From the NCBI GenBank assembly GCA_014860455.1, contig JACZJQ010000025.1, positions 2,850-66,849 of the forward strand: a stretch of DNA of 64,000 bases. Reading direction: 5' to 3'. The stretch's first letter is position 1. Each line of letters opens with the position of its first letter. A program made the translations under genes and the position numbers. The stretch is from Bryobacteraceae bacterium (GTDB lineage Bacteria; Acidobacteriota; Terriglobia; Bryobacterales; Bryobacteraceae). This document shows positions 34,851-44,868 of the stretch, piece after piece. Under the pieces are notes generated by a model. The model saw only the letters and a program-made list of their open reading frames with translations, was not told the DNA's origin and did no database searches.

Positions 34851-36905
34851 ATGGCGGGTTCGCCCACAGCAACAAACACCACTGCTCCTGCTGGCGGCGT
34901 GGCGGGAAGGTTGGATTCATGGAAGGAAATTGCGGCATACCTCCGGCACGATATCCGCACGGTCCAGCGATGGGAGGCCTGCGAGGGGTTGCCTGTCCAC
35001 CGCCACTCCCACTCCCAGCGCAGCTCCGTCTACGCCTATACCGGCGAGCTTGACCAGTGGTGGGCGGGCAGAGAGAGCAGGCCGCCCGTTCATGCCGGCA
35101 GCGCCGCCCTCCCGCCCACCGCACCCGGATCTTTGCGGCGAGGGCTCCGCGCGGTCCTTGTCGCCGCGGCCGTCATCGCCGGCGCGTGGGTCACGGCCGT
35201 CTATCAGACCCCGCCGCCGCCTTTGACGACCCGCCCTCTCACCGCCGCTGACGGCGTTGAAACCCAACCCGACTTTTCCCCGGACGGAACCCGGATCGCC
35301 TACCTTTGGCGCAAGCCCGGCGAGCCAGCCCCTGACATTTACGTCAAGTCCCTCGATGCCGGCGATCCCGTACCGCTCACCAACACGCCCAAGCAGTGGG
35401 AACTGCTCCCCACCTGGTCTCCCGACGGCAAATGGATCGCCTATTTCGGCAGCCGCCTGGGAGGCACTTTCCTCATGGTCATCCCCTCCTCGGGAGGACC
35501 CGAGCGCCCGGTCTATCCTAAACCCTGGAATGGAGCCGGCGGCATTGCGTGGACCCCTGACGGCAGCAGCATCATCACCCCGCTCGCTGAAGGCTCCGAA
35601 GGTCTCACTTCGCTCCACATCGTCTCGCTGGCCACCGGCGAGCGCCATAAACTGATCCAGCCTCCCCCCGACCACTCCGACGCGGCCCCGGCACTCTCCA
35701 CCGACGGCCATAAACTGGCCTTTCTGCGGATCGGCAACTTCGGCATCCTCCGAAGGATCCACCTCGCCACCCTCTCGAATGACCATCGATTGAGCGGCGA
35801 ACCCGTCCCGCTCGACCTGGCAGGGGGAGGCATTGAGACGCTCTCCTGGATCGACGGCGGCAAGCGGCTGCTCTACTCCGAGTGCTGCTCATCCTCCGGG
35901 AGTACATCCGGCTTCTGGACGGTTTCTGCGAGAGGAAGAAGGATCGCGCCGCGCCTGCTCTTTCCGCTCCCCGGAGCCCAGGCGCTGCAGGGCCGTCTCT
36001 CGCCCGACGGTTCACGCCTGGCTTATTGGATGGTGCAGGCCAGCGATACAGGCTTCTGGCGTGTGCCGCTCGGTCCGGGCCCTGGCGCTGAAACGCCCGC
36101 AATCGAACTGATCTCCTCCACCGCGACCAACCTCAATATCGACATCTCTCCCGACGCCCTGTCGCTCGCCTTCGCGTCAAACCGCTCCGGTGGACTCGAG
36201 ATTTGGACCTCCAATCTCGACGGATCCTCGCCCAGGCGGATCACCAACAGGCCGGGCGAGAAGAGCGGCACGCCCCGTTGGTCGCCCGACGGCTCCCGCA
36301 TTGCTTTTGACGGATCAACCGACGGGAACGCGGATATTTTCGTCACCGGCGCCTCGGGCGGCGCGCCCCAGCGGCTCACCACCCACCCGGCAATCGACTG
36401 CAACGTCTCGTGGTCCGTCGACGGCCACTGGTTTTACTTCGGTTCCAACCGCACCGGCGAATTCCAGATCTGGAAGATGCCGTCAACAGGTGGCCAGGAG
36501 ATTCAGGTCACCCGGAACGGCGGCTTCGGGGGCGTCGAATCGCCCGGCGGCGGATACTTCTACTACAGCACCCAGTTCAGGGGCGGGGAACTTCGCCGGG
36601 TGCCCGCCTGGGGTGGGCGCGAGGAGATCCTCTATCCCGCCATCCTTGACGTCCACGGCCTGCGGGCCACGCCCAAGGGCGTCTACTTCCTTACGCCCTG
36701 CCAGCAGTGCCAGAACCTCGAAACTGCCCACGTCTTCCGCCGCTACCGGCTCCCCAGCGGACCAGTGGAGGAGGTAGCCCGTTTCCGCCTCACCGTGCGC
36801 ATGGGATTCGCCGTCGCTCAAAACGACAGCTTCGCCGTCATCAACGCCATCCGCCACCCGGCGAATGAGAACGTGAATATCGTTCTCGTTGATAGCCTCA
36901 AGTAG
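34851..36905 (+). CDS. HTH-like N-terminal domain + TM + TolB-type beta-propeller protein
   Basis: The start is taken at ATG 34851. The N-terminal SWKEIAAYLRHDIRTVQRWEACEGLPVH is DNA-binding-like. One TM is present (AVLVAAAVIAGAWVTAV). Repeated FSPDGTRIAY, WSPDGKWIAY, LSPDGSRLAY and WSPDGSRIAF follow. Confidence 0.8.
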   Translation: MAGSPTATNTTAPAGGVAGRLDSWKEIAAYLRHDIRTVQRWEACEGLPVHRHSHSQRSSVYAYTGELDQWWAGRESRPPVHAGSAALPPTAPGSLRRGLRAVLVAAAVIAGAWVTAVYQTPPPPLTTRPLTAADGVETQPDFSPDGTRIAYLWRKPGEPAPDIYVKSLDAGDPVPLTNTPKQWELLPTWSPDGKWIAYFGSRLGGTFLMVIPSSGGPERPVYPKPWNGAGGIAWTPDGSSIITPLAEGSEGLTSLHIVSLATGERHKLIQPPPDHSDAAPALSTDGHKLAFLRIGNFGILRRIHLATLSNDHRLSGEPVPLDLAGGGIETLSWIDGGKRLLYSECCSSSGSTSGFWTVSARGRRIAPRLLFPLPGAQALQGRLSPDGSRLAYWMVQASDTGFWRVPLGPGPGAETPAIELISSTATNLNIDISPDALSLAFASNRSGGLEIWTSNLDGSSPRRITNRPGEKSGTPRWSPDGSRIAFDGSTDGNADIFVTGASGGAPQRLTTHPAIDCNVSWSVDGHWFYFGSNRTGEFQIWKMPSTGGQEIQVTRNGGFGGVESPGGGYFYYSTQFRGGELRRVPAWGGREEILYPAILDVHGLRATPKGVYFLTPCQQCQNLETAHVFRRYRLPSGPVEEVARFRLTVRMGFAVAQNDSFAVINAIRHPANENVNIVLVDSLK

Positions 36906-37058
36906 CCCGCCCGGCTTCTCTCCCGCGAAGGCCGAGGCAGGGCTGGCGTCGGCGTCCGGTGTCCAACGCCGCGGGTCGAAACAGATAAGTAGACCTGAAA
37001 GTCAATTCTGGATGTAGAATCGTGGTGGCTGGTCCTTTGGACCGCGGGAGGAGTCGTC

Positions 37059-38135
37059 ATGAATCGTTTTCTTATCGTACTGTCAGTGATTGCCTTCGCC
37101 ACCCCCGCTTACTCCGCCGTGGGTGACGCCGGCCGGGGCAAACAGGTTTTCGAGTCGTTGAAATGCGGGACCTGTCATAGCATCGCCGGCGCCGGCGGCA
37201 AGACCGCGCCCGACCTGGCGCTGAACCGCGCCCGCGGCAATACGCCCGCCGGACTGTCGGCGGCGATGTGGAATCACGCCCCACAAATGTGGGCGGCCAT
37301 GGAGAAAGCCGGGATGGCCAAGCCCAAGGTCACTTCAGAGCAGGCAGCCGACCTGTTTGCGTTCTTCCAGTCGGCGCGCTATTTCGAAAAGCCGGGCGAT
37401 GCGGCCCGCGGCAAGGCGGCGTTCACAGCCAAAGGCTGCTCAGGATGTCACACCGCCGGCAAGACCGCGTCCGGCCCGGCCCTGGCGGCATGGGAATCGG
37501 CTTCCGACCCCATCGAACTGGCCCGCCAGATGTGGAATCACGCCCCCGCCATGAAGGCGGCCATTGCGGCCAAGGGCGCAAAGATCCCCACCCTCACCGC
37601 ACTCGAAATGAACGACATCATCGCCTACGTCAACAGCCTGCCGGGCGCCAAACCGCAGGCGAAGTTCTCGCCTGCCTCGGCCGAGACGGGCGAGACGCTG
37701 CTCAAGGTGAAGGGCTGCACGTCCTGCCACAGAGGCGCACGGGCGTTGCCCGGCAAGACGGCTTACACGGCATCGGCCGAGATCGCCGCCGCCATGTGGA
37801 ATCACGCCGCCGGGGTGAAGCACTCCGGCCAGATGCGGCCCGAGGAGATGCGCCGCATCGTCGGCTATCTCTGGAGCCGCCAGTTTGACAACGAAGGCGG
37901 CGACGCCAAGCGCGGCGAGAAAACGTACGCGCAGAAGGGTTGCGCCGGATGCCACGGCAGCAGCGCTCCGTATTTCGCCCATGGCGAGGAGTCGAGTTCC
38001 TATGGCATGGTTGCTGTGCTCTGGCATCACGGCCCGCAGATCCTGCGCCAGATGAAGGCCAAGAACGTCGCCTGGCCTTCGTTCACCGGCCCTGATATCG
38101 TCGACATCGTCGCGTTCCTCAAGGCGTCGAAGTAG
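37059..38135 (+). CDS. Secreted tetra-heme c-type cytochrome (four tandem class-I-like modules)
   Basis: Signal peptide [19 protein letters not shown]. Four CxxCH sites are present (CGTCH, CSGCH, CTSCH, CAGCH). Each is followed about 30-40 aa later by MWNHA or LWHHG. Confidence 0.88.
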   Translation: MNRFLIVLSVIAFATPAYSAVGDAGRGKQVFESLKCGTCHSIAGAGGKTAPDLALNRARGNTPAGLSAAMWNHAPQMWAAMEKAGMAKPKVTSEQAADLFAFFQSARYFEKPGDAARGKAAFTAKGCSGCHTAGKTASGPALAAWESASDPIELARQMWNHAPAMKAAIAAKGAKIPTLTALEMNDIIAYVNSLPGAKPQAKFSPASAETGETLLKVKGCTSCHRGARALPGKTAYTASAEIAAAMWNHAAGVKHSGQMRPEEMRRIVGYLWSRQFDNEGGDAKRGEKTYAQKGCAGCHGSSAPYFAHGEESSSYGMVAVLWHHGPQILRQMKAKNVAWPSFTGPDIVDIVAFLKASK

Positions 38136-38220
38136 CGGTCGCCCCGCAGAATGTGCGAACTGTCCGCCGATCGTGCGCGCAGTGTCCAGTCTTGTTCATA
38201 ATGAGGCGGAGGTGCGACCC

Positions 38221-39738
38221 ATGATCACTCGACGCGGATTCCTCGGCAGCGTGCCCGCTCTGCCTGCGCTGGCGCAAACCGGCAAGCGCCCCAACATCGT
38301 TTTCGTCTTCTCCGACGACCACGCCTATCAGGCCATCTCCGCCTACGACGGCCGCCTGAACCGCACCCCGCATATCGACCGCATCGCCCGTGAGGGCGTC
38401 CGCTTCGACAACGCGCTGGTGACAAACTCCATCTGCGCGCCGTCCCGCGCCGTCGTGTTGACCGGCAAGTACTCGCACCTCAACGGCGTCATCGACAACC
38501 GCCAGCGCTTCAATGGCGAGCAGCAGACGTTTCCGAAACTGCTCCGCGCCGCCGGCTACCAGACGGCGCTGTTCGGCAAGTGGCATCTGCAGTCGCAGCC
38601 CACCGGCTTTGACGCCTGGGAGATCCTGCCCGGCCAGGGCAGCTATTACAACCCCGACTTCATCACGCCTTCCGGCAACCGCCGCCGCGACGGCTACGTC
38701 ACTGACGTCACAACAGACCTTTCACTCGACTGGCTCAACAGCCGCGACAAATCGCGCCCGTTCATGCTCATGTGCCAGCACAAGGCGCCGCACCGCAACT
38801 GGTGTCCCTCGCCCGACAAGCTCAGCATGTACGAGGGTGTCACCTTCCCCGAACCCAATAACCTCTTCGACAACTACGAACACCGCGCCTCCCCGGCGCG
38901 CAAGCAGGCCATGGAGATCGACCGCGACATGCGGCTCGGCATGGATCTGAAACTCACCGGCGACGCCCCTGACCAGCAGGGTCCGGTGAACGAACTGAAA
39001 CGCATGACCGACGCCCAGCGCCGCATCTGGGAAGCCGCCTACCGCCGCCGCAACGCCGAGTTCCACACCCGAAAACTGCAGGGCAAGGATCTGGTCCGCT
39101 GGAAGTATCAGCGCTACATGCAGGACTACCTGGCCTGCATCTCTTCGGTGGACGACAGCGTGGGCCGCATTCTGAACTGGCTCGACGCCACGGGCGAGGC
39201 GGACAACACAATCGTGGTCTACAACTCAGACCAGGGCTTCTATCTCGGCGAGCACGGTTGGTTCGACAAGCGCTGGATCTATGAGGAGTCGATCCGCTCG
39301 CCGATGCTGGCCCGCTGGCCTGGCGTCACCCGGCCAGGATCGGTGGCAAAAGAGATGGTGGCCAATCTCGATGTGGCCGAAACGTTCCTCGAAGCCGCGG
39401 GAGTGCCCGTTCCTGCGGATATGCAGGGACGCAGCCTTGCACCCGTCATGCGCGGCCAGACACCGGCGGACTGGCGCCGCAGCTTCTACTACCAGTACTA
39501 CGAGGGCGGCGAACATGCCGTTGCGCGCCACTGCGGCGTGCGGACCGATCGCTACACCCTGGCGCACTTCTACGAGACTGATGAATGGGAACTCTTCGAC
39601 CGCGAAAAAGACCCGCGGCAGATGCGCAGCGTCTACGGCGATGCCGCCCACGCTGCCGAGGTGAAGCGCCTCAAGGCCGAGTTGGCGCGTCTGCGCAGCG
39701 AGTTGAAGGTTCCCGAAGTCGATCCCGACCGCCAATAG
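38221..39738 (+). CDS. Cys-type sulfatase with a Tat-like signal
   Basis: The start is at ATG 38221 (GGAGG upstream), [25 protein letters not shown], the CxPxR motif in [16 protein letters not shown], and GKWHL are present. Confidence 0.9.
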   Translation: MITRRGFLGSVPALPALAQTGKRPNIVFVFSDDHAYQAISAYDGRLNRTPHIDRIAREGVRFDNALVTNSICAPSRAVVLTGKYSHLNGVIDNRQRFNGEQQTFPKLLRAAGYQTALFGKWHLQSQPTGFDAWEILPGQGSYYNPDFITPSGNRRRDGYVTDVTTDLSLDWLNSRDKSRPFMLMCQHKAPHRNWCPSPDKLSMYEGVTFPEPNNLFDNYEHRASPARKQAMEIDRDMRLGMDLKLTGDAPDQQGPVNELKRMTDAQRRIWEAAYRRRNAEFHTRKLQGKDLVRWKYQRYMQDYLACISSVDDSVGRILNWLDATGEADNTIVVYNSDQGFYLGEHGWFDKRWIYEESIRSPMLARWPGVTRPGSVAKEMVANLDVAETFLEAAGVPVPADMQGRSLAPVMRGQTPADWRRSFYYQYYEGGEHAVARHCGVRTDRYTLAHFYETDEWELFDREKDPRQMRSVYGDAAHAAEVKRLKAELARLRSELKVPEVDPDRQ

Positions 39739-39780
39739 AATCAGGCAGACCGAGCTTCGCATGGCGTATGCTGGCTCAAT

Positions 39781-41349
39781 ATGCGACCGCTCGCTCTTTT
39801 TTTGACGTTTGCCCTCGTTGCGCCCGGCGCCGAAGTGATCGACGCTTCAGCCAATGCGAAAATCCGCCAGGAGGCCATAGGGAAGTCGCAGGTGATGAAA
39901 CACCTGTCGGTGCTCTCCGACAAGTTCGGCGCACGGCTCACCGGGTCACCCAGCTACGAGGCTTCGGCCCGCTGGGTCGCCTCTCAGCTCACCGCATGGG
40001 GCCTGAAAAACACCAACCTCGAACCCTGGGATTTCGGCCATCCCGGTTGGGTGAACCAGCGCGCCAGTGGATTCATCACCGCGCCGGTCGAGGACAACCT
40101 GGTGCTTGAAGTGCTCGCCTGGACGCCGTCCACAAAGGGTCGCGCCAAGTCTGCCGTCGTGCAGGTCGAACAGCCCTCGCCGGCCACCAAGGACGAACTG
40201 GCGGCGTACCTGGCTGCCAATGCGGCCAAGGTCAAGGGAAAGATCGTGATGGTGGGCAAGGCCGTTTCCGTGCCCGTGAACTTCACGCCTCCGGCCAAGC
40301 GCCAGACCGACGAAGCTGCCAAGGCCCGCTACAGCGGCCAGGGCGGTCCTGGCGGCCCGCGCGGCCTCGGTGACCGGCCCAAACCAGACCCCTCCCGCCT
40401 CACCGCCGCACAGGCCACCGAAATGATCGACGCCTGGCTGGTGGCCAACAAGGCGCTCGTGAAAGTGATGGACGGCGGCATGGCCCACGGCATGATCCGC
40501 GCCTTCCACAACCGGACCTACGACGTGAAAAAGGCTGTCCCGACCGTCATCATCCGAAATGAAGATTACGGCCGCGCGTCGCGCCTGATCGCCATGGGCG
40601 AGCGCGTCGAGATGGAGTTCGAAATCGTCAACCGCCTGTTCCCCGCTGGCAAGACCACCTACAACGTAGTCGCCGAGATCCCTGGCTCCGACAAAGCCGC
40701 CGAAGTCGTCATGCTCGGTGGGCACCTCGATTCCTGGCACGCCGCCACCGGCGCAACTGACAACGCCACCGGCGTGGCGATGATGATGGAGGCCGTGCGC
40801 GTCTTGCAGGCCAGCGGGCTGAAGCCCCGCAGGACCATCCGCATCGCGCTCTGGAGCGCCGAGGAACAGGGCCTGCTCGGCTCGAAGCAGTACGTCAAAC
40901 AACACTTCGGCACGTTCGAGAACCCGAAACCCGATTTCGCCAATCTCGTCGCTTACTTCAACATCGACAGCGGCACCGGCCGCGTCCGGGGCGCGTCTGT
41001 CTTCGGCCCTGAGGAGGCGGGTACCGTGATGCGTGAGGTGTTGGCGCCGTTTGCCGATTACGGCGTTGTCGGTGCGTCGGCCAGTTCGAGCCGCCGCGAG
41101 GGCGGCACCGATTCCACGGCGTTCAGTTCCGTCGGGCTGACCGCTGTCGGGCTGGGCCAGGATCCCATCGAGTACTTCACCCACACCTGGCACACGAATC
41201 TGGACACCTACGAACGCGTGGTGCCCGACGACGTCATGAAGGCGTCTGAGGTTATTGCCGCCGCAGTCTGGCACGTCGCCAACCGTGAGCAACCGCTGCC
41301 GAAGTTCGACGCCGGCTCGATGCCCAAGCCCGTCGCGTCAACTGACTGA
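39781..41349 (+). CDS. M28-family aminopeptidase with an inserted PA domain
   Basis: Signal peptide MRPLALFLTFALVAPGA. Zinc-ligand segments are GGHLDSWHAATGATDNATG and LWSAEEQGLLGS, with a later THTWHTNLD. Confidence 0.88.
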   Translation: MRPLALFLTFALVAPGAEVIDASANAKIRQEAIGKSQVMKHLSVLSDKFGARLTGSPSYEASARWVASQLTAWGLKNTNLEPWDFGHPGWVNQRASGFITAPVEDNLVLEVLAWTPSTKGRAKSAVVQVEQPSPATKDELAAYLAANAAKVKGKIVMVGKAVSVPVNFTPPAKRQTDEAAKARYSGQGGPGGPRGLGDRPKPDPSRLTAAQATEMIDAWLVANKALVKVMDGGMAHGMIRAFHNRTYDVKKAVPTVIIRNEDYGRASRLIAMGERVEMEFEIVNRLFPAGKTTYNVVAEIPGSDKAAEVVMLGGHLDSWHAATGATDNATGVAMMMEAVRVLQASGLKPRRTIRIALWSAEEQGLLGSKQYVKQHFGTFENPKPDFANLVAYFNIDSGTGRVRGASVFGPEEAGTVMREVLAPFADYGVVGASASSSRREGGTDSTAFSSVGLTAVGLGQDPIEYFTHTWHTNLDTYERVVPDDVMKASEVIAAAVWHVANREQPLPKFDAGSMPKPVASTD

Positions 41350-41365
41350 CGGAAAGCCCGTTATC

Positions 41366-43168
41366 ATGCACCCTGCCATCGTTGCCGGAGCCTTGCTGGC
41401 CGTCGTGCTCTGCACGCCGGCCGGCGCACAGCCCAGGCAGGAAACCGTCATCTCGCCGGACGAACTGGTCCAGGTCACGGTTCGCATCGACGGCGAGCGC
41501 ATCTCCTATTCGGCGTTGCTCGGCGGCAAGCCGGCGGTTCTCGAATCCCCGTTGGGACTCGACGGCTGGCCGGCCGGCAAGTTCAAATCGGCCGTGCAGA
41601 GGACGGCGCTGGGAACCTGGAAGCCGCTCTACGGCGAGCGCGCCGTGATTCCGGACAACTACCGCGAACTGGCGCTGAGCTTCGAGCGGCTCACCATCCT
41701 GATGCGCGTTTACGAAGAGGGCTTCGCATTCCGCTACCGGCTGGAGGGCAAGGGCGGCTTCGAATTGGCCGGCGAGAATACCGGCTTCCGCTTCCCCGAA
41801 GACTCCTTCGCATGGCAGGAACACGGCACCGAGGGCGAGTACTTGCGCGTACCTGTGGCCGAGGTGCAGGCAAAGTGCGAACGTCCGTTGACAGTTCAGC
41901 TCGGCGGCGGCAACTGGGCCGCCCTCGCCGAAGCCGGCCAGGTGAATTACCCGCGGATGCTGCTCGCACCCGACGGCGCCGGCGGCTTGAAACCCTGGCT
42001 GGACTCGCCACTGAAAGGCGCTCTTCCGTTTGAAACGCCGTGGCGGGTTTTTGTTTTAGGCCGCGCGCCGGGCGACCTGCTCGAGCGCAACTACCTGTTG
42101 CTGAATCTGAATCCGCCTCCCGCCGGCGACTACCGCTGGGTGAAGCCCGGTAAAGTGATCCGCGAAGTGACGCTGTCGACCAAAGGCGGCAAGGCGGCCG
42201 TGGATTTCGCTGTCAAGCGCGGCCTCGACTACATCGAGTACGATGCCGGCTGGTACGGCCACGAATACGACGACGCTTCGGATGCGACGAAGGTCGCGCC
42301 GGATCCCAAACGCATCGCCAGCATTCCGGATCACGGCGGCCTGGATCTGGATGAGGTCATCCGATATGCCAAGTCCAACGGCATTGGCGTGCTGCTCTAC
42401 GTCAACCGCCGCGCTCTCGAACGCCAGCGCGATGTCATCTTCCCGCTCTTTCAGAAATGGGGCGTCGCCGGCGTGAAGTTCGGCTTCGTGCAGGTCGACG
42501 GCCAGCAGTGGCCGCAATGGCTGGTGGAGTCCGTCAAAAAGGCGGCCCAGCACAAACTGGTTGTCGACATCCATGACAGCTTCCGCCCCAGCGGCTGGCA
42601 GAGGACGCATCCGAATCTGCTCACCGTCGAAGGCGTCCGCGGCAACGAGCACATGCCCACCGCGTCGCACAACGCGACGCTGCCATTCACGCGCGCGGTG
42701 GCCGGACCGTATGATTACACGATCTGCTGGACGACGCCACGCCTGAAAACGACGCGGGCGCACCAGATGGCCATGAGCATCGTCGTCTACAGTCCGCTGC
42801 AGTTCCTGTTTTGGTACGACCGTCCTGACCAGGTGGAAGACGCACCCGAACTCGAATTCTTCAACGATCTGCCGGTCACCTGGGACGAGACCCGCGTGCT
42901 GGCCGGCGCTGTCGCCGAGTATGCCGTCATCGCCCGGCGCTCGGGCCAGGCATGGTATCTGGGCGCCATCACAAACGAACGGCCGAGAACCGTGGAACTG
43001 CGCATGGGCATGCTTGTGCCCGGCGCGCCCTACACGATGAAGACCTGGTGCGACGGCGAGTCGAAGACATCGGTCGCCATTCGCGAATCCGGCATGAAAG
43101 GCGGCGAACCGCTGACGCTCAGCCTGGCCGCCAGCGGCGGATGCGCTGCCGTAATCGAACCGCGGTAG
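41366..43168 (+). CDS. Glycoside hydrolase family 97-like protein
   Basis: The start is at ATG 41366 with signal MHPAIVAGALLAVVLCTPAGA. The catalytic-barrel segments GLDYIEYDAGWY, GVAGVKFGFV and IHDSFRPSGWQRTHPNLLTVEGVRGNE resemble GH97. The family assignment is tentative. Confidence 0.7.
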   Translation: MHPAIVAGALLAVVLCTPAGAQPRQETVISPDELVQVTVRIDGERISYSALLGGKPAVLESPLGLDGWPAGKFKSAVQRTALGTWKPLYGERAVIPDNYRELALSFERLTILMRVYEEGFAFRYRLEGKGGFELAGENTGFRFPEDSFAWQEHGTEGEYLRVPVAEVQAKCERPLTVQLGGGNWAALAEAGQVNYPRMLLAPDGAGGLKPWLDSPLKGALPFETPWRVFVLGRAPGDLLERNYLLLNLNPPPAGDYRWVKPGKVIREVTLSTKGGKAAVDFAVKRGLDYIEYDAGWYGHEYDDASDATKVAPDPKRIASIPDHGGLDLDEVIRYAKSNGIGVLLYVNRRALERQRDVIFPLFQKWGVAGVKFGFVQVDGQQWPQWLVESVKKAAQHKLVVDIHDSFRPSGWQRTHPNLLTVEGVRGNEHMPTASHNATLPFTRAVAGPYDYTICWTTPRLKTTRAHQMAMSIVVYSPLQFLFWYDRPDQVEDAPELEFFNDLPVTWDETRVLAGAVAEYAVIARRSGQAWYLGAITNERPRTVELRMGMLVPGAPYTMKTWCDGESKTSVAIRESGMKGGEPLTLSLAASGGCAAVIEPR

Positions 43169-43174
43169 CGGGCC

Positions 43175-43792
43175 TCAGCGGACCTGCGGTGCGAATCCGG
43201 GATTTGTCGTGAGCGTGAACCGGTCGAATTCGAAACCATCCTCGCGCATCGAGAACGATACCCGGTGCCAGCCCGCTGAAGCAACGTCGAGATAGATCTT
43301 TCCCGGCTCGCCGCAGTGATTGGCTGCAGTGCGCTGCTTGGATTCCCAGCGCCACGTATTCTTGCCCTCGCACCATTGCATGCGCCGCCCCGACTCCGGC
43401 CATTCGCCGTCGAATCCCACGTGTATGCCGTTGTCTTCGCTTCCCGTCGAGTAGGCCCGGACCCAGACATAGTAGCGCCCCGCCGAAGGGAACTTGACTC
43501 GGTAATGCAGCACCGCCAGTTCGCCAGGCGTGTTGGAAAAGTTCTCGCCCGCGATGAGTTTGTCGGCGTGGGTGCGGCGTGTATCCGGCAGCACCTTCAT
43601 GTAGGCGTTATCCCAGGCGCCGGGATGGAACGTGGCGTCGACTCCGGCCGGAGCGGGATGGGTGGCCGTCAACAGTTGCCACCGGCGGACGGAGTCCTTC
43701 TCCTGAGAAACGTACTGCTCCGCATCCACCGTGATTTCGACGTGCGGCGGCTGAGCGGCCGCGAGGAGGGCGAGAAGGGCGATTCCGATCAC
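43175..43792 (-). CDS. Hypothetical secreted protein (possible carbohydrate-binding beta-sandwich)
   Basis: Short signal MIGIALLALLAAAQP. The YYVWVRAYSTGSEDNGIHVGFDGEW segment is present. There is no firm family call. Confidence 0.65.
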   Translation of the reverse strand: MIGIALLALLAAAQPPHVEITVDAEQYVSQEKDSVRRWQLLTATHPAPAGVDATFHPGAWDNAYMKVLPDTRRTHADKLIAGENFSNTPGELAVLHYRVKFPSAGRYYVWVRAYSTGSEDNGIHVGFDGEWPESGRRMQWCEGKNTWRWESKQRTAANHCGEPGKIYLDVASAGWHRVSFSMREDGFEFDRFTLTTNPGFAPQVR

Positions 43793-43809
43793 GCCAACAG
43801 TCTATCCGA

Positions 43810-44796
43810 CTAACTGGCGGCCCGGATGCGCTCGAGCAACGCATCCTCAAAGCTGAAGTCGGCTTCCGACTTATTGCGATGGCGCATGTACCAGCGATAG
43901 GTCTCTTTCAACCCATCATCGAACATCGTCGGCTTGAAGCCGAGAACGCGTTGTGCCTTGGCCACGATCATCGTGATGGGCGGAATGTCGAAGTAGGTCC
44001 CAAAGTAGAGTTTCGGCCCGATGGGGTGCCCGCCCATGCGCAGGATCTTCTCGCGCGGTACGCGCACGGTCTGTGCGGTCTTGCCGGCGGCAGTAGCGAT
44101 GGAGTCCACCACTTCGGCCTGCGTCAGCGGGCGCGGGCAGGCGATGTTGAACGCGTGTCCGGCGATGCCGGGGGCCTCCATGGCCTTCACGCAGGCCTGC
44201 GCGAGGTCCTTGACATAGACGAACTGCATCAGCCTCCGGCCGTCGCCCGGCATGATGATCGGACGTTTTTCGCGGATCCTGTCCCAGAAGAACTGTTCGC
44301 GGTAGAAGGGGTTGCAGGGCCCATACACAAACGGCGGACGGATGGTGACCACCGGCGTGCCGTGCCGCTGGTGGAGGCGGAACAACGCGCGCTCGCTTTG
44401 GGCCTTCTGGCGGACATAGCGGTCAGGGTGATCGTCGACGGCGAGCGCGTCGCCCTCGTGGTGGTTGAGCCCTTCGGCATAGGCGGCCACACTCGACATG
44501 AAGACATAGCGCGAGATCTGCCCGTTGAACATGCGGGCTGTCTCCTCCACCACCGTGGCGGGCGTGCCGCGTTCCCAGTCGTAGGCGTTGTCGAAAACAA
44601 CATCGAACGTCTTGCCGGCAACGGCGGCCTTCACCGCGCCGACGTCGTTGCGGTCGGCTTGCAGGTTGGCGACCTTTTTGCCGAGGTCGTGGTCCGGTCG
44701 CCGGTGCAATACAGTTACGTCATGGCCGGCCTTCACCAGCTGTTGAACTGCCTGCTTGCCAATGAACAGGGTTCCACCGATCACGAGAACTTTCAT
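43810..44796 (-). CDS. NAD-dependent epimerase/dehydratase family protein
   Basis: The start is at ATG 44796 (MKVLVIGGTLFIGKQAVQQL Rossmann fold). YVRQK is the YxxxK catalytic motif. Confidence 0.85.
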   Translation of the reverse strand: MKVLVIGGTLFIGKQAVQQLVKAGHDVTVLHRRPDHDLGKKVANLQADRNDVGAVKAAVAGKTFDVVFDNAYDWERGTPATVVEETARMFNGQISRYVFMSSVAAYAEGLNHHEGDALAVDDHPDRYVRQKAQSERALFRLHQRHGTPVVTIRPPFVYGPCNPFYREQFFWDRIREKRPIIMPGDGRRLMQFVYVKDLAQACVKAMEAPGIAGHAFNIACPRPLTQAEVVDSIATAAGKTAQTVRVPREKILRMGGHPIGPKLYFGTYFDIPPITMIVAKAQRVLGFKPTMFDDGLKETYRWYMRHRNKSEADFSFEDALLERIRAAS

Positions 44797-44868
44797 CGTT
44801 TCGTTCGCACGCCTCCTGTCGATATTCGGCCCGGGCGCGCCCAAGCGCACCCGGGAAACGCGCTCAGC

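Noticed and set aside
39946-41292. 448-aa minus-strand ORF opposite the M28 peptidase gene
   Set aside because: It is antisense to a gene with clear M28 zinc-ligand motifs.
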